64,000 nucleotides of DNA from Octopus vulgaris (taxonomy: Eukaryota): assembly GCA_951406725.2 (NCBI GenBank), contig OX597829.1:24056001-24120000 (forward strand), in the 5' to 3' direction. Of this stretch, positions 52,705 through 64,000 are shown piece after piece. The notes beneath the pieces were generated by a model. That model had not been told where the DNA came from. It searched no databases and saw nothing but the letters and a program-made list of their open reading frames with translations. The position numbers were made by a program, and so were the translations under genes. Within the stretch, counting starts at the first letter, position 1; each line of letters opens with the position of its first letter.

Positions 52705-53744
52705 CTGTCTGTCTGTCTCCTTGTTTTGACATCACTCACTAGTAGTAAACAAACATCACCAGCAGTGTCATTCATTCGCAATCTTCTGGGAAAACATATT
52801 CAGCTATTATTATTATTATGTTATTATGCTGTTTGCATTTGAAGGACTAGGAGAAATATTACTTTAACTGGAAGCAAGTGAGGTTTGGGAACAGAAAGGG
52901 AATCTGGCCAGAGAAAATCTGCCTCAACGATCTGACTATGGAAAACATAGGCATTAAAATGATGATGATGAGGAGGAGTGGTGTCATGATAGTGATATAT
53001 ATTATTGGACCCTACCAAAGCATCCAGTCCATACTTGGAACATGATGTTAAATGATGATGATGATATCTGTGTGTGTGTTTGTGTAATGACAGACAATAA
53101 AAATGGGGTGAGCAAGTTTTTTTAGCGCATCAGTTTACTATTATTTCATCTGAATTCAATCTCATCAATCTTGCCATATTATTGATTATTGCAATTATTG
53201 ATTTACTCATCAAGTGCCATTGAAATGACATGCTGAATCACTCATCAAAATTATGTAAAAATTTGCGCTTTTCAAACAATTGTTTGATAAAACAATCCAT
53301 CTTCACATTGTTGTCTTGTTTGATAACCAATGCCCATGGATGAGCTTAATAGGGCAAACTTTAGGGTTACTATCCAAATGAAATTATTACACACACACAC
53401 ACACACACATAATAAAACAGGAAGTTGGACAATTTATTGGTATTATTTACTCACCATCATATATGTTTCATTTCCTAATAGGAATTGGTTTTACAGGTTA
53501 GATAAACATAAGAGATTTCCTATCAGTAATTCTTCAGATGGAGAATTGAATAACTAATACAAAGAAATTTTCCAATGTCTCTGCAAACAATATTTCCGGA
53601 ATTTTCAATTTTAATATATACTTTGCATCTACACTAAAGCAACAGCAAATGCATACTCTACATACAGGATTGCAATAAAGCAGATGTGCTTCATGAGGAA
53701 ACATTTGGGATTTTGTCCTACCTACCTACATAATATATATACTC

Positions 53745-54115
53745 TCTCTTTACTCGTTTACTTGTTTCAGTCATTTGACTGCGGCCATGCTGGAGCACTG
53801 CCTTTAGTCGAGCAAATCGACCCCAGGACTTATTCTTTGTAAGCCTAATACTTATTCTATTGGTCTCTTTTGCCGAACCACTAAGTTACTGGGACATAAA
53901 CACACAAGCATCAGTTGTCAAGCGATGTTGGGAGAACACACACACACATATATAAATACATATATACGATGGGCTTCTTTCATTTTCTGTCTACCAAATC
54001 CACTCATAAGGCTTTGGTCAGCCCGAGGCTATAGTTGAAGACACTTGCCCAAAGTGCCACGCAGTGGGACTGAACCCGAAACCATGTACTTACCACACAG
54101 CTACTCCTGCACCTA
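53745..54115 (-). mobile_element. SINE family A, near full length
   Basis: Reverse complement match. Other partial copies at ~7450-7605, 8826-8920, 25775-26310, 31410-31640, 40215-40590, 46905-47030, 48915-49060 and 55534-55605. Confidence 0.9.
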
Positions 54116-54145
54116 TTTAAAATGGTGGCCTGTATATTATATATA

Positions 54146-55022
54146 CGAGGTGGTATCAAAAAGTTCCCAGACTAGTTATGTTTAATAAAAAATAACTTAT
54201 TTACCTAAGTTTTAACATCATCTCCTTTGAAATAGTCACCTTGCACAGCAATACACTGGTTCCAGCATTCTTGCTACTTTGGGAATCCGATCTGGAAGTC
54301 ATTTTCCGTAAACGAGTCAAGGGCCTTCTGTGATTCACTCTGGATCTTGACAATGGTGTTAACACAGTGATCAATGAGCTTTATTTTCATCTTGGAGAAG
54401 AGATGGCAAATAGGGCAGGTGCAGAAGCAATACCATATTGTTTTTGGGAAGAAATTCATGAGTGAGGAGAGCTTGGTGACTGGTTGCATTGTCATCATGA
54501 AGAATCTAATTCTTCATGTTCCAAAGATCTGGTCCCTTTCGCTGAATATCATTCGAACGCTTCGAAACATCACAGTAGAACTCTTGACTGGTGGTCTGGC
54601 CCTGGTGGAAATGAATTCTCAAGGCACAATATCATGGATGTTGAAAAATACAATGAACATGCTCTTGGTTGAGCTGGAGCTCTGTTGTGCACCTGTGCCA
54701 CTCAAAACATTGCATACAACTCATTATCTCATCACCATACTCTTCCTCTGCTGAAGCATGCTCAATGTGTCTGTAGCAGACTTCCTGAGTTTAACACAAA
54801 ATTTCACGTTGGCTTTTTGTTCCAACTTCCTGTCCATGACAAACATTGCAGACTACAGCATACACGTGATCACTAAAACACGAATTTCACAATTTACAAA
54901 GTAAACACAGCGATGTCACTCGGCACACTGCCTCATACAGGTCACTGCTAGTTCTCACTCTGCATGCAACTGTGCTGCCATCTGTTGGCATACTAAAGAA
55001 CTAATCTAGGAAGTTTTTGACA
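54146..55022 (-). mobile_element. Internally deleted mariner (Tc1/mariner) transposon, copy 1
   Basis: TA|CGAGGTGGTATCAAAAAGTTCCCAGACTAG TIR. Minus-strand transposase remnants MDRKLEQKANVKFCVKL (ATG at 54837), LHDDNA and the C-terminal WNQCIAVQGDYFKGD. Confidence 0.9.
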
Positions 55023-55764
55023 CACACGCACACAAATTCATGTGTGTGACAGCTGGGACCTCACATCTAGTTACTCAAAATTTACGTAACTGTTCATCAG
55101 TCTGGATTTAGAGTGTATCTGTATATCATCATCAACATTATTTAACATCTGTCTTCCACGCTGACATGGGTTGAATGATTTGATAGGATCCTTTGAGTCT
55201 CAGGGCTGCATCAAGTTTCAATGTCAGCTTTGGCTTGGTTTTTTTTTTTTATAGCTAAATACCCTACAAACTTACACAATACTCACATAAATCAGGTGAC
55301 AGTACAAAGTTAGTCATAGTCCAGGTTTTCTACTTAGCAAATCTTATCCAAATTTTATGTGTAGTCAAAAAATCTAAAATTTGGCCTTTTTTTTTCCTAC
55401 TTCTTTAAAACGGTTTTTTTTTTTCACAACTTTAATTAATCAAACTGGTAATTAAAATAGTTCACTGTCCTACCTTACTGTTCACAAAATCTAGGGGATT
55501 ACTTCTAGACATCAAGGGAACAATATTATATTATAGGTACAGGTGTGACTGTGTGATAACAAGTTTGCTTCCCAATCATGTTGTTCTGGGTTCAGTCTCA
55601 CTACAAATCATCATTATCATTATTACACCAAAAGTAGTATATATATAAAAGTAGTATATTTATAATTTCATTCTTAAATGGAATTTTGATTGTCATTGTT
55701 TAAACCTCCCCACCACTCCCAGGTAGTTCTGAGCCAACAGAACTACGAGAAAAAAAATATGATA

Positions 55765-56069
55765 AAAGCACCATCCGTTCGTGGCCGTTGCCAGCCTCGC
55801 CTGGCCCCTGTGCCAGTGGCACGTAAAAAGCACCATCCGTCTGTGGCTGTTTGCCAGCTTCGTCTGGCACCTGTGCGGGTGGCACGTAAAAAGCACCCAC
55901 TACACTCACGGAGTGGTTGGCGTTAGGAAGGGCATCCAGCCGTAGAAACACTGCCAGATCAGACTGGGCCTGATGCAGCCTTCTGGCTTCACAGACCCCA
56001 GTTGAACCGTCCAACCCATGCTAGCATGGAAAGCGGATGCTAAATGAAGATGATGATGATGATGATGAT
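55765..56069 (+). mobile_element. Family C 3' fragment with tandem units
   Basis: Same sequence and (GAT)n tail. Older relatives at ~7195-7410, 33355-33525, 38670-38840, 42773-43255, 43345-43530 and 46100-46330. Confidence 0.88.
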
Positions 56070-57614
56070 CTAAGTTTCATCACTTCATGTTTTATTAAGT
56101 CACAATGTATCTAATGTATAGGAGTTAATATTAGTGGCTATGAAAAAGCAGTAAGCTGGTAGAATTATTAGCATGCCAGGTGAAATGCTTAGCAACATTT
56201 CGTTTGTCTTCACATTCTGAGTTCAAACTTCACCAAGGTCTACTCTGCCTTTCATCCTTTCAGGATTGATTAAAGTAAGTATTTGTTGAATATTGAGGTT
56301 GATGTAATTGACTTATGCCTTCCACCAAAATTTGAAATCAATATTATTGGCAATGTAAGGTGTCAAGCTGATAGAATCATTAGCATGTCAGGCAAAGAAT
56401 TTAGCAGCATTTTGTCTGTCTTTATGTTTTGTGTTCTAATTCTGCCACGGTTGACTTTGCCTTTCATCTTCTCAGGTTCAATAAAATAAGCACCATTTGA
56501 GCACTGAGGTCGATGTAATCCATTTATTTTCTCTCTTGAAAACTGCTGGCCTTATGCCAAAATTTGAATCCAATATTGATAGGTTTATAAAAGAATGTGT
56601 CTGTACAATAGAATATGATTGTATAAAGGGGAAACTGGCTCTGTAATAGAATGTGGCTATATAATTGAAAATCACTATATAACAGAAAGTGGCTATTTTA
56701 TTGTAAAACATGGTCATATAATAGAGCATAGTTATGTAATATATCATGGCTGTGTATTAGAAAGTGACTATATAGTTGGGTTGTATAACACATCTATATA
56801 GTACAGTAGATATTTGTCTAGTGGTTCAATCCTAAAATAATGCTTGATATATAAGCAAAATTTGAATATAAATTCATGATAGAAAAATATGTTTGTCAGG
56901 TTTTATATCCATAATCTTCTTGCATGTGTTTTGTAACATTGACAGAAATAAAGGATTTCTTTTCAATCTTCAAGTTAGTGTTCGTTGCTGTTGTTGTTCG
57001 TGGCAGTGGCATTTCGGACAAACAATTTAACTGAGTATAAGGCATGGACATGTTTATGTGACAGACTGAAATGAGAGAATTCTCAAAACAAGATAAAAAT
57101 CCATGATTGTTTTCTACAGCTGTTTCAATAGGATAAAATATCATTTATATAATTACAAAATTAGTGTACATAATTAACTGATAGGCTATTTCAATTTTTT
57201 TTCTCTTGATATCACATTTAAATTAATTGATTATGTATATTAACTATGTAATCAAATAAATGAGGATTTTTTTTTACTCTAACTATTGAAACAGTTGTAG
57301 GGAATAGTTAAATTATGAATCATCTGTGAAATTTCTACTTCTTTACTTTTCCAAGTACTCTTAACTATTGTTTCAGACCAAATTTTTCTATTTACATGTA
57401 AATGTATTCTGCCTTGTAATATTGTATTGTGTTAAATGATGTGGGCTTTCAGATACTGCAAATATACTTTATATGTTTTTCTATATAATGAGCTGAAGTA
57501 TCATTATATAGATTATTATATAGAAAAACATATAATATGCATAATCTAGCATATATAGTAAAACAAGATAAATATTTACAAAATATCTATCACTCTTTAA
57601 AATTTCTTCTGCAG

Positions 57615-57696
57615 CTTGATGCATTTACAAATTTCTCCTTGAAAGAAAAGTTTGGTTTAATGAAAGAAGAACTCACTGAAACTAAAAAAGAATTGG
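57615..57696 (+). CDS. Internal coding exon (LDAFTNFSLKEKFGLMKEELTETKKEL+G)
   Basis: Acceptor tttcttctgcag|, donor G|GTAAGT. Phase 0 to 1, matching both neighbours. Heptad-like E/K/L content. Confidence 0.88.
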
Positions 57697-59570
57697 GTAA
57701 GTTGATTCTTTCTAATTGTCCTCATATTCAAAAATAGCACTTTGAGTATAGATTTGGTGACTTTCATGCTTTGCTGACATATTTATCCTTTTGTCTCTGA
57801 AGATGAACAAATTTAACAGCTTTACTCTTTGAGTGTCCTGAGGTGGTTTTTTTAGGCCACCAATATTGGCATAAAATCCATAGTTACTGTGAGGTTTGTA
57901 ATAACAGAATCTGGAATCAGTGGGACTCTTGCTTTACATGCTGCCCTCGTCTCTTTAGTTTCTCTGATCATTTCTGGTATAGTGGACCAATTACACAGCT
58001 TATTTTGAATTACTTTACATCATTTGACTAAAAATTGTTCAAGGTAGAGCCCCAGCATAGCCACACTCTAATAAGTGAAACAAGTAAACAATAGCATTGA
58101 TTAAACTCAAGCTACAAGGGCAATACAAGTTAGAATACACCAATAGAAGGTCCTTTGACAGCAGTAGAGTAAATATTCCAGTAATAACAGAGAATATCTA
58201 CAATTAAATGGTAAACCAGAAAACAGCTGGGACAGAATGGATTACAAGGATTACTGCTTCCATGTCTGAGATAGCACTGTTGCTACACACACACACTACT
58301 TTTCCTCTTTGTTTATTGTGTGATTACTACAATGGCCTCTGCTTCTTGTTGCCAAACACTCTGTACAACTCTGTACCCAACAACCATTCTACACACACAC
58401 TTGTATCTGTATCTCTCTTCACATAGGACACATACATCAGTGTATGTGTGGTATGCGGTATCTATGTTGCAAGTGGATATGGTATGTTAGAGAGGAATAA
58501 ACTGCATGAGTATTGTTGGGTATGGTGGTGGCAAATAAGTCATTGCTGTACAGTAGGAAGAGAGTAGAGGAGAGCAACTAGGTCGTGGGACATTGTGAAG
58601 TTAACAGAACGAGGGGCAGGAAAAACTCCATCAATCAACACACCTGGCAATTGTGAGATCTAACAGGAAGCTCTCAATCTGAGGGATGAGAAACACATAG
58701 AACCCTTAGGCCAAAAGTTTCAATTTGAAATTTGCATGCCAAGGCTTGGCTCATGTCAAAAGTAACAACATTGCTTTCATCTAATTCCTCCAAGACAAGC
58801 ACACACTAGCAGGTAACAAAGAAGAGCGGGTCGTTTAAGGGAGAAAAAGATTCAAGATGTCAAAGGATATCAACTGGTAATGGCAGATTCGTTAGCATGC
58901 CAAGAGAAAAGCTTAGCAGCATTTCATCTATATTCATGTTCTGTGTTCAAATTCTGCCAAGATCAACTTTGCCTTTCATCTTTTAGGGGTCGATGACATA
59001 AAAACCAGTTGAGTACTGGGGTTAATGTAATTCACTTACCCTATCCCCCAAAATCGTTAGCTTTGTGCCAACCAATTACCTGAGAGTTGTTAAAATTTTA
59101 GTGTAATAAGAGGATAGTTGGAGAGATTTCTTTTCTTTGGGATAGAATACAGTGTAGTATCTTTCCAAAGATCAAGTTATGTCCCTGTAGAGAGGTAATG
59201 AATAGAGTTTGCTCAGGAGTGCAATATTTGAGGATTCACCATCAGAATCAATGGTACTTTCTCTTAGAACAGCTAGTTAAACATGGAATCAACATTGCCT
59301 TGCTCTACTGTTTCCTGTTGTACCATTCTTGGTGTAGTACCGCTGTTTTTAGAGGATACAGCTTGAAAATGATTCCCAATAACAACTGCTATGAGATACA
59401 ATGGAATCCAATCCTTGAGTAAAACTTCAAAAGGCTGTCATATTCGTTATGAAGCATGCCCATTGCCACCACCTCTCCAGTTGAGTTATTGGCAGAGTTT
59501 GAAATAGTGCTTAGCAGCAGCCCATCAGTAATGGTTTCCTTCACACCTCACTCCACCAGAGTCCCTTAAA

Positions 59571-59713
<143 letters not shown>

Positions 59714-59811
59714 TTGACACATTGCTAATTCTTCAATGTTTAATTTTAGCTCTGCTAACATTTTTTTTTTAATGATTTCTCTTTTAATCAAAACTACTAT
59801 TTAAATTTCAG

Positions 59812-59970
59812 AGAATTTAAATGATAAACAGAAAAGCCTGACCAAAGAAATAGAAGACATCAATGCTGCCCATGAAAAAGCTTTATCGCTTTTGGTTACA
59901 ACTCATAACACCACTCTTATGGAACTGAAAGAAAAACTCAATGAGAAACATATGCAAGAACTATCGCGAC
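59812..59970 (+). CDS. Internal coding exon ((E)NLNDKQKSLTKEIEDINAAHEKALSLLVTTHNTTLMELKEKLNEKHMQELSR+C)
   Basis: Acceptor aaatttcag|AG, donor C|GTAAAT. 159 nt, phase 1 to 1, open frame, coiled-coil composition. Confidence 0.85.
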
Positions 59971-60103
59971 GTAAATATGCTTTTTTGTTTGTTGTAAAGT
60001 CATTTTGGAAATGTATGAATGACCAGAAGTGATTAGTTTATGGTGTGCCGAATTCTTGATATTGTTTCTATTCTGTGGAATTATTTTTACTTCATGTTTT
60101 GTA

Positions 60104-60914
60104 CTTGTGTCAAAAAGTTCCCAGACTAGTTATGTTTGATAAAAAAAAAACTTATTTACCCAAGTTTTAACAGCATCTCCTTTGAGAAGGTTACCTTGTG
60201 CAGCATTCCTGCCACTTTTGGAATCTAGCCTGGAAGTTGTTTTCCGTAAATGAGCCAAGGATCTTCTGCGATTTGCTCTAGATCTTGACAATGGTGTTAA
60301 AATGACAACCTTTGAGCTGCATCTTTATCTTGGGAAAGAGATGGAAGTCTGCAGGTGCTAAATCTGGCAAATGATGAGGAGAGCTCAGTGAGAGGGTGCA
60401 TTGTCATTTTGAAGAATCCAATTCTTTGTGCTCCACAGATCCGGTTGCTATTTCCAAATGTCCTCCCTCGAGCACTTCAAAATATCATTGATTGTCCTCC
60501 AATGAATTTCATGCACAAGCTGATCATTTTCTCCACATTTTTGGGGGTGACACTCAAGGAAGGTCTTCCAGAGATGTTCTTGCACTTTTGAAACTCCCAT
60601 GCCACTTGAAATATTGCATACAATCCAGTGCTGAAGCATGCTCAATGTCTGTGTAGTAGACTTCTTGAGTTTAACACAAAATTTCGTGTTGGTTCTTTGT
60701 TCCAACTTCCTGTCCATAAAAAAAAAATCACAGACCACAGCATACACATGATCACAAAAACACAAATTTTATAACTTGCAAAGTAAACACAGTGATGTCA
60801 CTTGGCACATTGCTTCATGAAGTTCACTGCTAGTTCTCACTGCACATGCAACTATGTATAGCCTTCTGTTGGCATGTTACAGAACTAGCCTGGAAACTTT
60901 TTGATACCACCTCA
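60104..60914 (-). mobile_element. Internally deleted mariner transposon, copy 2 (same family)
   Basis: TIR CTAGCCTGGAAACTTTTTGATACCACCTCA|TA. ORF-track peptide MDRKLEQRTNTKFCVKLKKSTTQTLSMLQH is a mariner N-terminal HTH segment. Colinear with copy 1. Confidence 0.9.
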
Positions 60915-61591
60915 TATGTATAGACACAAGAGGCATCGTGAATATCTTGAGTTTCATCATGTTGTGCTCCTTGAAGAGATTGTCCAATGCCAGCCAGCAA
61001 CTCCATGTAGTTGTTTTTGCGGATATTTTCATTTAGAAATTGTAAATTCATTATTATTTCAAGGAATGTACCATGCTTATATGTCATCTATTTATTTTAA
61101 AGAATCTCTTACACTACCTACATGACTGTGTGCTTAAAAAGCTCACTTTGAAACCATGTGGTTCCAGGTTTCATCCCACTGCATGGCATCTTATTTTACT
61201 AAATTCTTTATTACATTTAAAGTAATTGAAAGAAACACAGAGCATCTCAAAATAAATACAGTAACGAAAGGGTTAAAGGAATTTTTTTTTTCTTTTGTTG
61301 GTCAAAGAAATCAACCTCTGGCTTTGTTCTTTGTAAGCCTAGTACTTATTCTATCAGTCTCTTTTGCCGAAACACTAAGTTATGGGGATAACAAATAGAT
61401 AGTGAGGGTTTCAAATTTTGGAACAAGGCCAGCAATTAGGGAGGGGCTAGTCAATTACATCAACCCCAGGAACTGACTGGTATTTATTTTATCAACCCCA
61501 AAGCGATGAAAGATGAAGTCAACCTTGGTAGGAATTGAATTCAGAATGCAATGGGCCGGAATGAATACCACCAAGCATTTTGTTGAACATA

Positions 61592-62221
61592 TTGTGTGTG
61601 AAAAGACCAGGCAGGACAAGTGAGTCCAGCCCACTTATGCATGCCTTCCCTCCCTTGGACACACAAAGACCTGTTGAGGCAAGCGAAGTCGATATCGAAC
61701 CTCATCCGACGACAGGCACCTATGCCTACCCCCCTTTGCTTGCGAAGACCTGTTGGGGCAAGTGAAATCGGAATCGAAATTGAACCAATCTTATGACTGG
61801 CACCCGGCAGATGCCAGGACCTCTGGACTGGAGATACGTAAAAAGCACTATCCGAATCGTGGCCGATGCCAGCGCCGCCTCGACTGGCTTCCGTGTCGGT
61901 GGCACGTAAAAAGCACCATCTGAATCATGGCCGAAGCCAGTGCCGCCTCGACTGGCTTCCGTGCCGGTGGCACATAAAATATACCAATCCGACCGTGGCC
62001 GTTGCCAGCCTCACCTGGCACCTGTGCAGGTGGCACGTAAAAAGCACCCACTACACTCACGGAGTGGTTGGCGTTAGGAAGGGCATCCAGTTGTAGAAAC
62101 ATTGCCAGATAAGACTGGAGCCTGGTGCAGCCTTCTGGCTTCCCAGATCCCCGGTCGAACCGTCCAACCCATGCTAGCATGGAGAGCGGACGTTAAACGA
62201 TGATGATGATGATGATGATGA
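61592..62221 (+). mobile_element. Family C: RTE-type LINE 3' end/UTR with internal ~65-bp tandem units and (GAT)n tail, nested in a family B SINE
   Basis: Four GGCACGTAAAAAGCAC-led units at ~61834, 61900, 61968 and 62031, then GGCGTTAGGAAGGGCATCCAG and a (GAT)n tail. The family B SINE is split into ~61410-61590 and 62222-62250. Confidence 0.85.
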
Positions 62222-62486
62222 TTGCTGATTCTTCCAGCTCACTGCCTTGATGAACAGTTGATAATTTCAGATATTTTTTTCACTAAAGAAAAATTGTTTA
62301 TGTAATTATTGGCTCATTAGTGAGGTCCTATATCAAAACCTTTTATTTGTTAGTATTTTTAAGGGGGTTTTTTTTCTCTTTTTTTAGTATTCACAAAATT
62401 ATTTTTAAAACAGGAATGCTAAGTATTTTGTGGTGAGGACTAATTATGTTTGGTTTTTAATTATCTCTTAAAATCTATTTTTACAG

Positions 62487-62542
62487 AGGCAGAGAAATGG
62501 CAAAATGATAAAGAAAAATATAAACAGCAAGTAGAAGAAAAG
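62487..62542 (+). CDS. Internal coding exon ((Q)AEKWQNDKEKYKQQVEEK)
   Basis: Acceptor ctatttttacag|, donor AAG|GTATAG. Phase 1 to 0, in frame with flanking exons. Confidence 0.85.
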
Positions 62543-62884
62543 GTATAGTGTGACTTTGATTTCTTTTAAAATGTTTGTATGTGTTTATACATACGTGTGT
62601 TTGTGTGTTTGTGTGTGTATACTGTTCATGTTCAAACATCCAGGACAAAAATTACCTTACTTAAAAAAACAAGTGAAAGTTGGTAGCATGAAAAGTCTCT
62701 GGCCATAGGAAATCTGCTTCAGTAAATTTCATTTCATCTGTTCAAACAGAAGAAAGCAGATGTTTAAACAATGATGATGGTGATAGTAGCATTTAACACG
62801 CTCTAGTTACTTTGTGTTTAAAAGAAATAGTTATTCAAGAATTTTTTGTCAACCTGATATTGAATTTGGTTTGATTTCTTTCAG

Positions 62885-62990
62885 AATAAAGATATTGACT
62901 CTGAACACCAACAGGAATTGAGTTCTCTGCGATTGCGTAACTTGGAAGAAATTAGAACTCTCCAAAGAAAGCATGACGATCAGATGGAAC
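62885..62990 (+). CDS. Internal coding exon (NKDIDSEHQQELSSLRLRNLEEIRTLQRKHDDQME+C); gene continues beyond window
   Basis: Acceptor gatttctttcag|, donor C|GTAAGT. Phase 0 to 1, no stop reached. Confidence 0.87.
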
Positions 62991-64000
62991 GTAAGTAGCT
63001 TGGTGATAAATGGTAATGTTTGCAGTCAGTAGTAGTGGTGTTATTGAAATGCAGCTATAAGATCTATGGGAGTCTTTATGACAACCAGAATTTAAAAAGA
63101 AAGTATTTCCTAATAGGAAGTATGCATAGTGTATATAGATGGATGACAGACTCAGGAGGAATTTCCACCGTGTTTCGTGGTCTGCTACCACAACAGCTCC
63201 TTTATAGGATCCAGTTAGCTCAAGACATCATCAGGAGGAACCACGTCCAGTTTCAGCCCCTACACCTCTACCATTTTGACGTGGTGGGTCCCCGCTTACA
63301 GAGGTGTCTTCAGCTCTGGTGCTGGGTGCATGTCTTCTTTCTCCTTCTTTCTTCTATTCCCTGGCCTCTTCGATAATAGGAAGTATGCATAGGGTATTTA
63401 GATAGATGACAGACTCAGTAGAACTTAAGACAATTTATCTTTTTGGTATTTAGTTATGTCCCTTCACTTTTTGGATTCAAATCCAGCTCATACCAACTTT
63501 GCCTTTCTTTTGCAAACAAACAAATTATCTTAATTACATGAAGTGAAAATATTTTTCTTTCTTTGTGCACCCAAATGTGTCTGTGCATGTGTGTGTGTTT
63601 CATATATGCTTGTGAGAAGGAGTGCTGGGTTTAGCATCATATTCAAGCCAATGAATTTTCTGGTCTCTCAGAAAATGCTTCCATATATTAAAGAATAAAT
63701 TTGTACTCCTTTATGAAATTCCTTTGTAGGTTCTGGTATGATGTGTGTGTTGTACAAAAACATTGTGAATGTGATTTGGTTTCATTGATCATTTCAACAT
63801 CTATATAGTTGTGAGCATACATAGACACCTTTTCAGTTCTCCCACTCCTGGAGGGTGAAAGAGAGAGAGAAGGTTCTACTCCACCAAAAATAAATACTAG
63901 AACTTTGTTGGTATTCATTTACAGTTGACTACATTGGAACATAAAATGAAGTGCCTGTTTCAAAAACATCTACTCATTTTGGGATATGAACCTGCAACCT

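Noticed and set aside
56590-56800. Loose ~19-20-bp periodic AT-rich repeat (similar loose repeats at 5320-5570 and 30735-30880)
   Set aside because: Ordinary degenerate minisatellites with no further structure.
61834-62050. Regularly spaced GGCACGTAAAAAGCAC motifs resembling a CRISPR array
   Set aside because: The spacers are homologous to each other, the block is part of a retroelement 3' end, the DNA is eukaryotic, and there are no cas genes.
63020-63376. 118-aa ORF downstream of the last exon
   Set aside because: Lies in the intron after a strong GTAAGT donor, runs through an inserted element and has no coiled-coil character.

Overview
AT-rich, microsatellite- and repeat-dense eukaryotic (animal) DNA. 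The repeat families resemble those I recall from Octopus/coleoid cephalopods; this assignment is an inference, not a database result. There is no prokaryotic gene content and no CRISPR array, and nearly all entries in the ORF track are microsatellite or SINE artefacts. The window is mostly intron of one + strand gene. Five GT-AG exons (49723-49943, 57615-57696, 59812-59970, 62487-62542, 62885-62990) splice in frame into a coiled-coil protein resembling the MTUS1/MTUS2/CCDC69 family, and the gene continues past the window. Two upstream exons (1744-1909 and 23113-23188) both end in a phase-1 G|GT donor that fits exon 49723, suggesting alternative promoters and N-termini. The introns hold several tRNA-derived SINE families, RTE, CR1/L2-group and I-group LINE relics, two deleted mariner elements, hAT and piggyBac MITEs and a Helentron-type HINE. 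The most unusual signal is a set of Penelope-type minimal hammerhead-ribozyme motifs. One lies in a TSD-flanked palindromic element that joins a tRNA-like Pol III head to a hammerhead tail (4276-4751). Others are a tandem pair inside an inverted repeat (5870-6037) and one in an insertion between 45-bp direct repeats (63111-63418).
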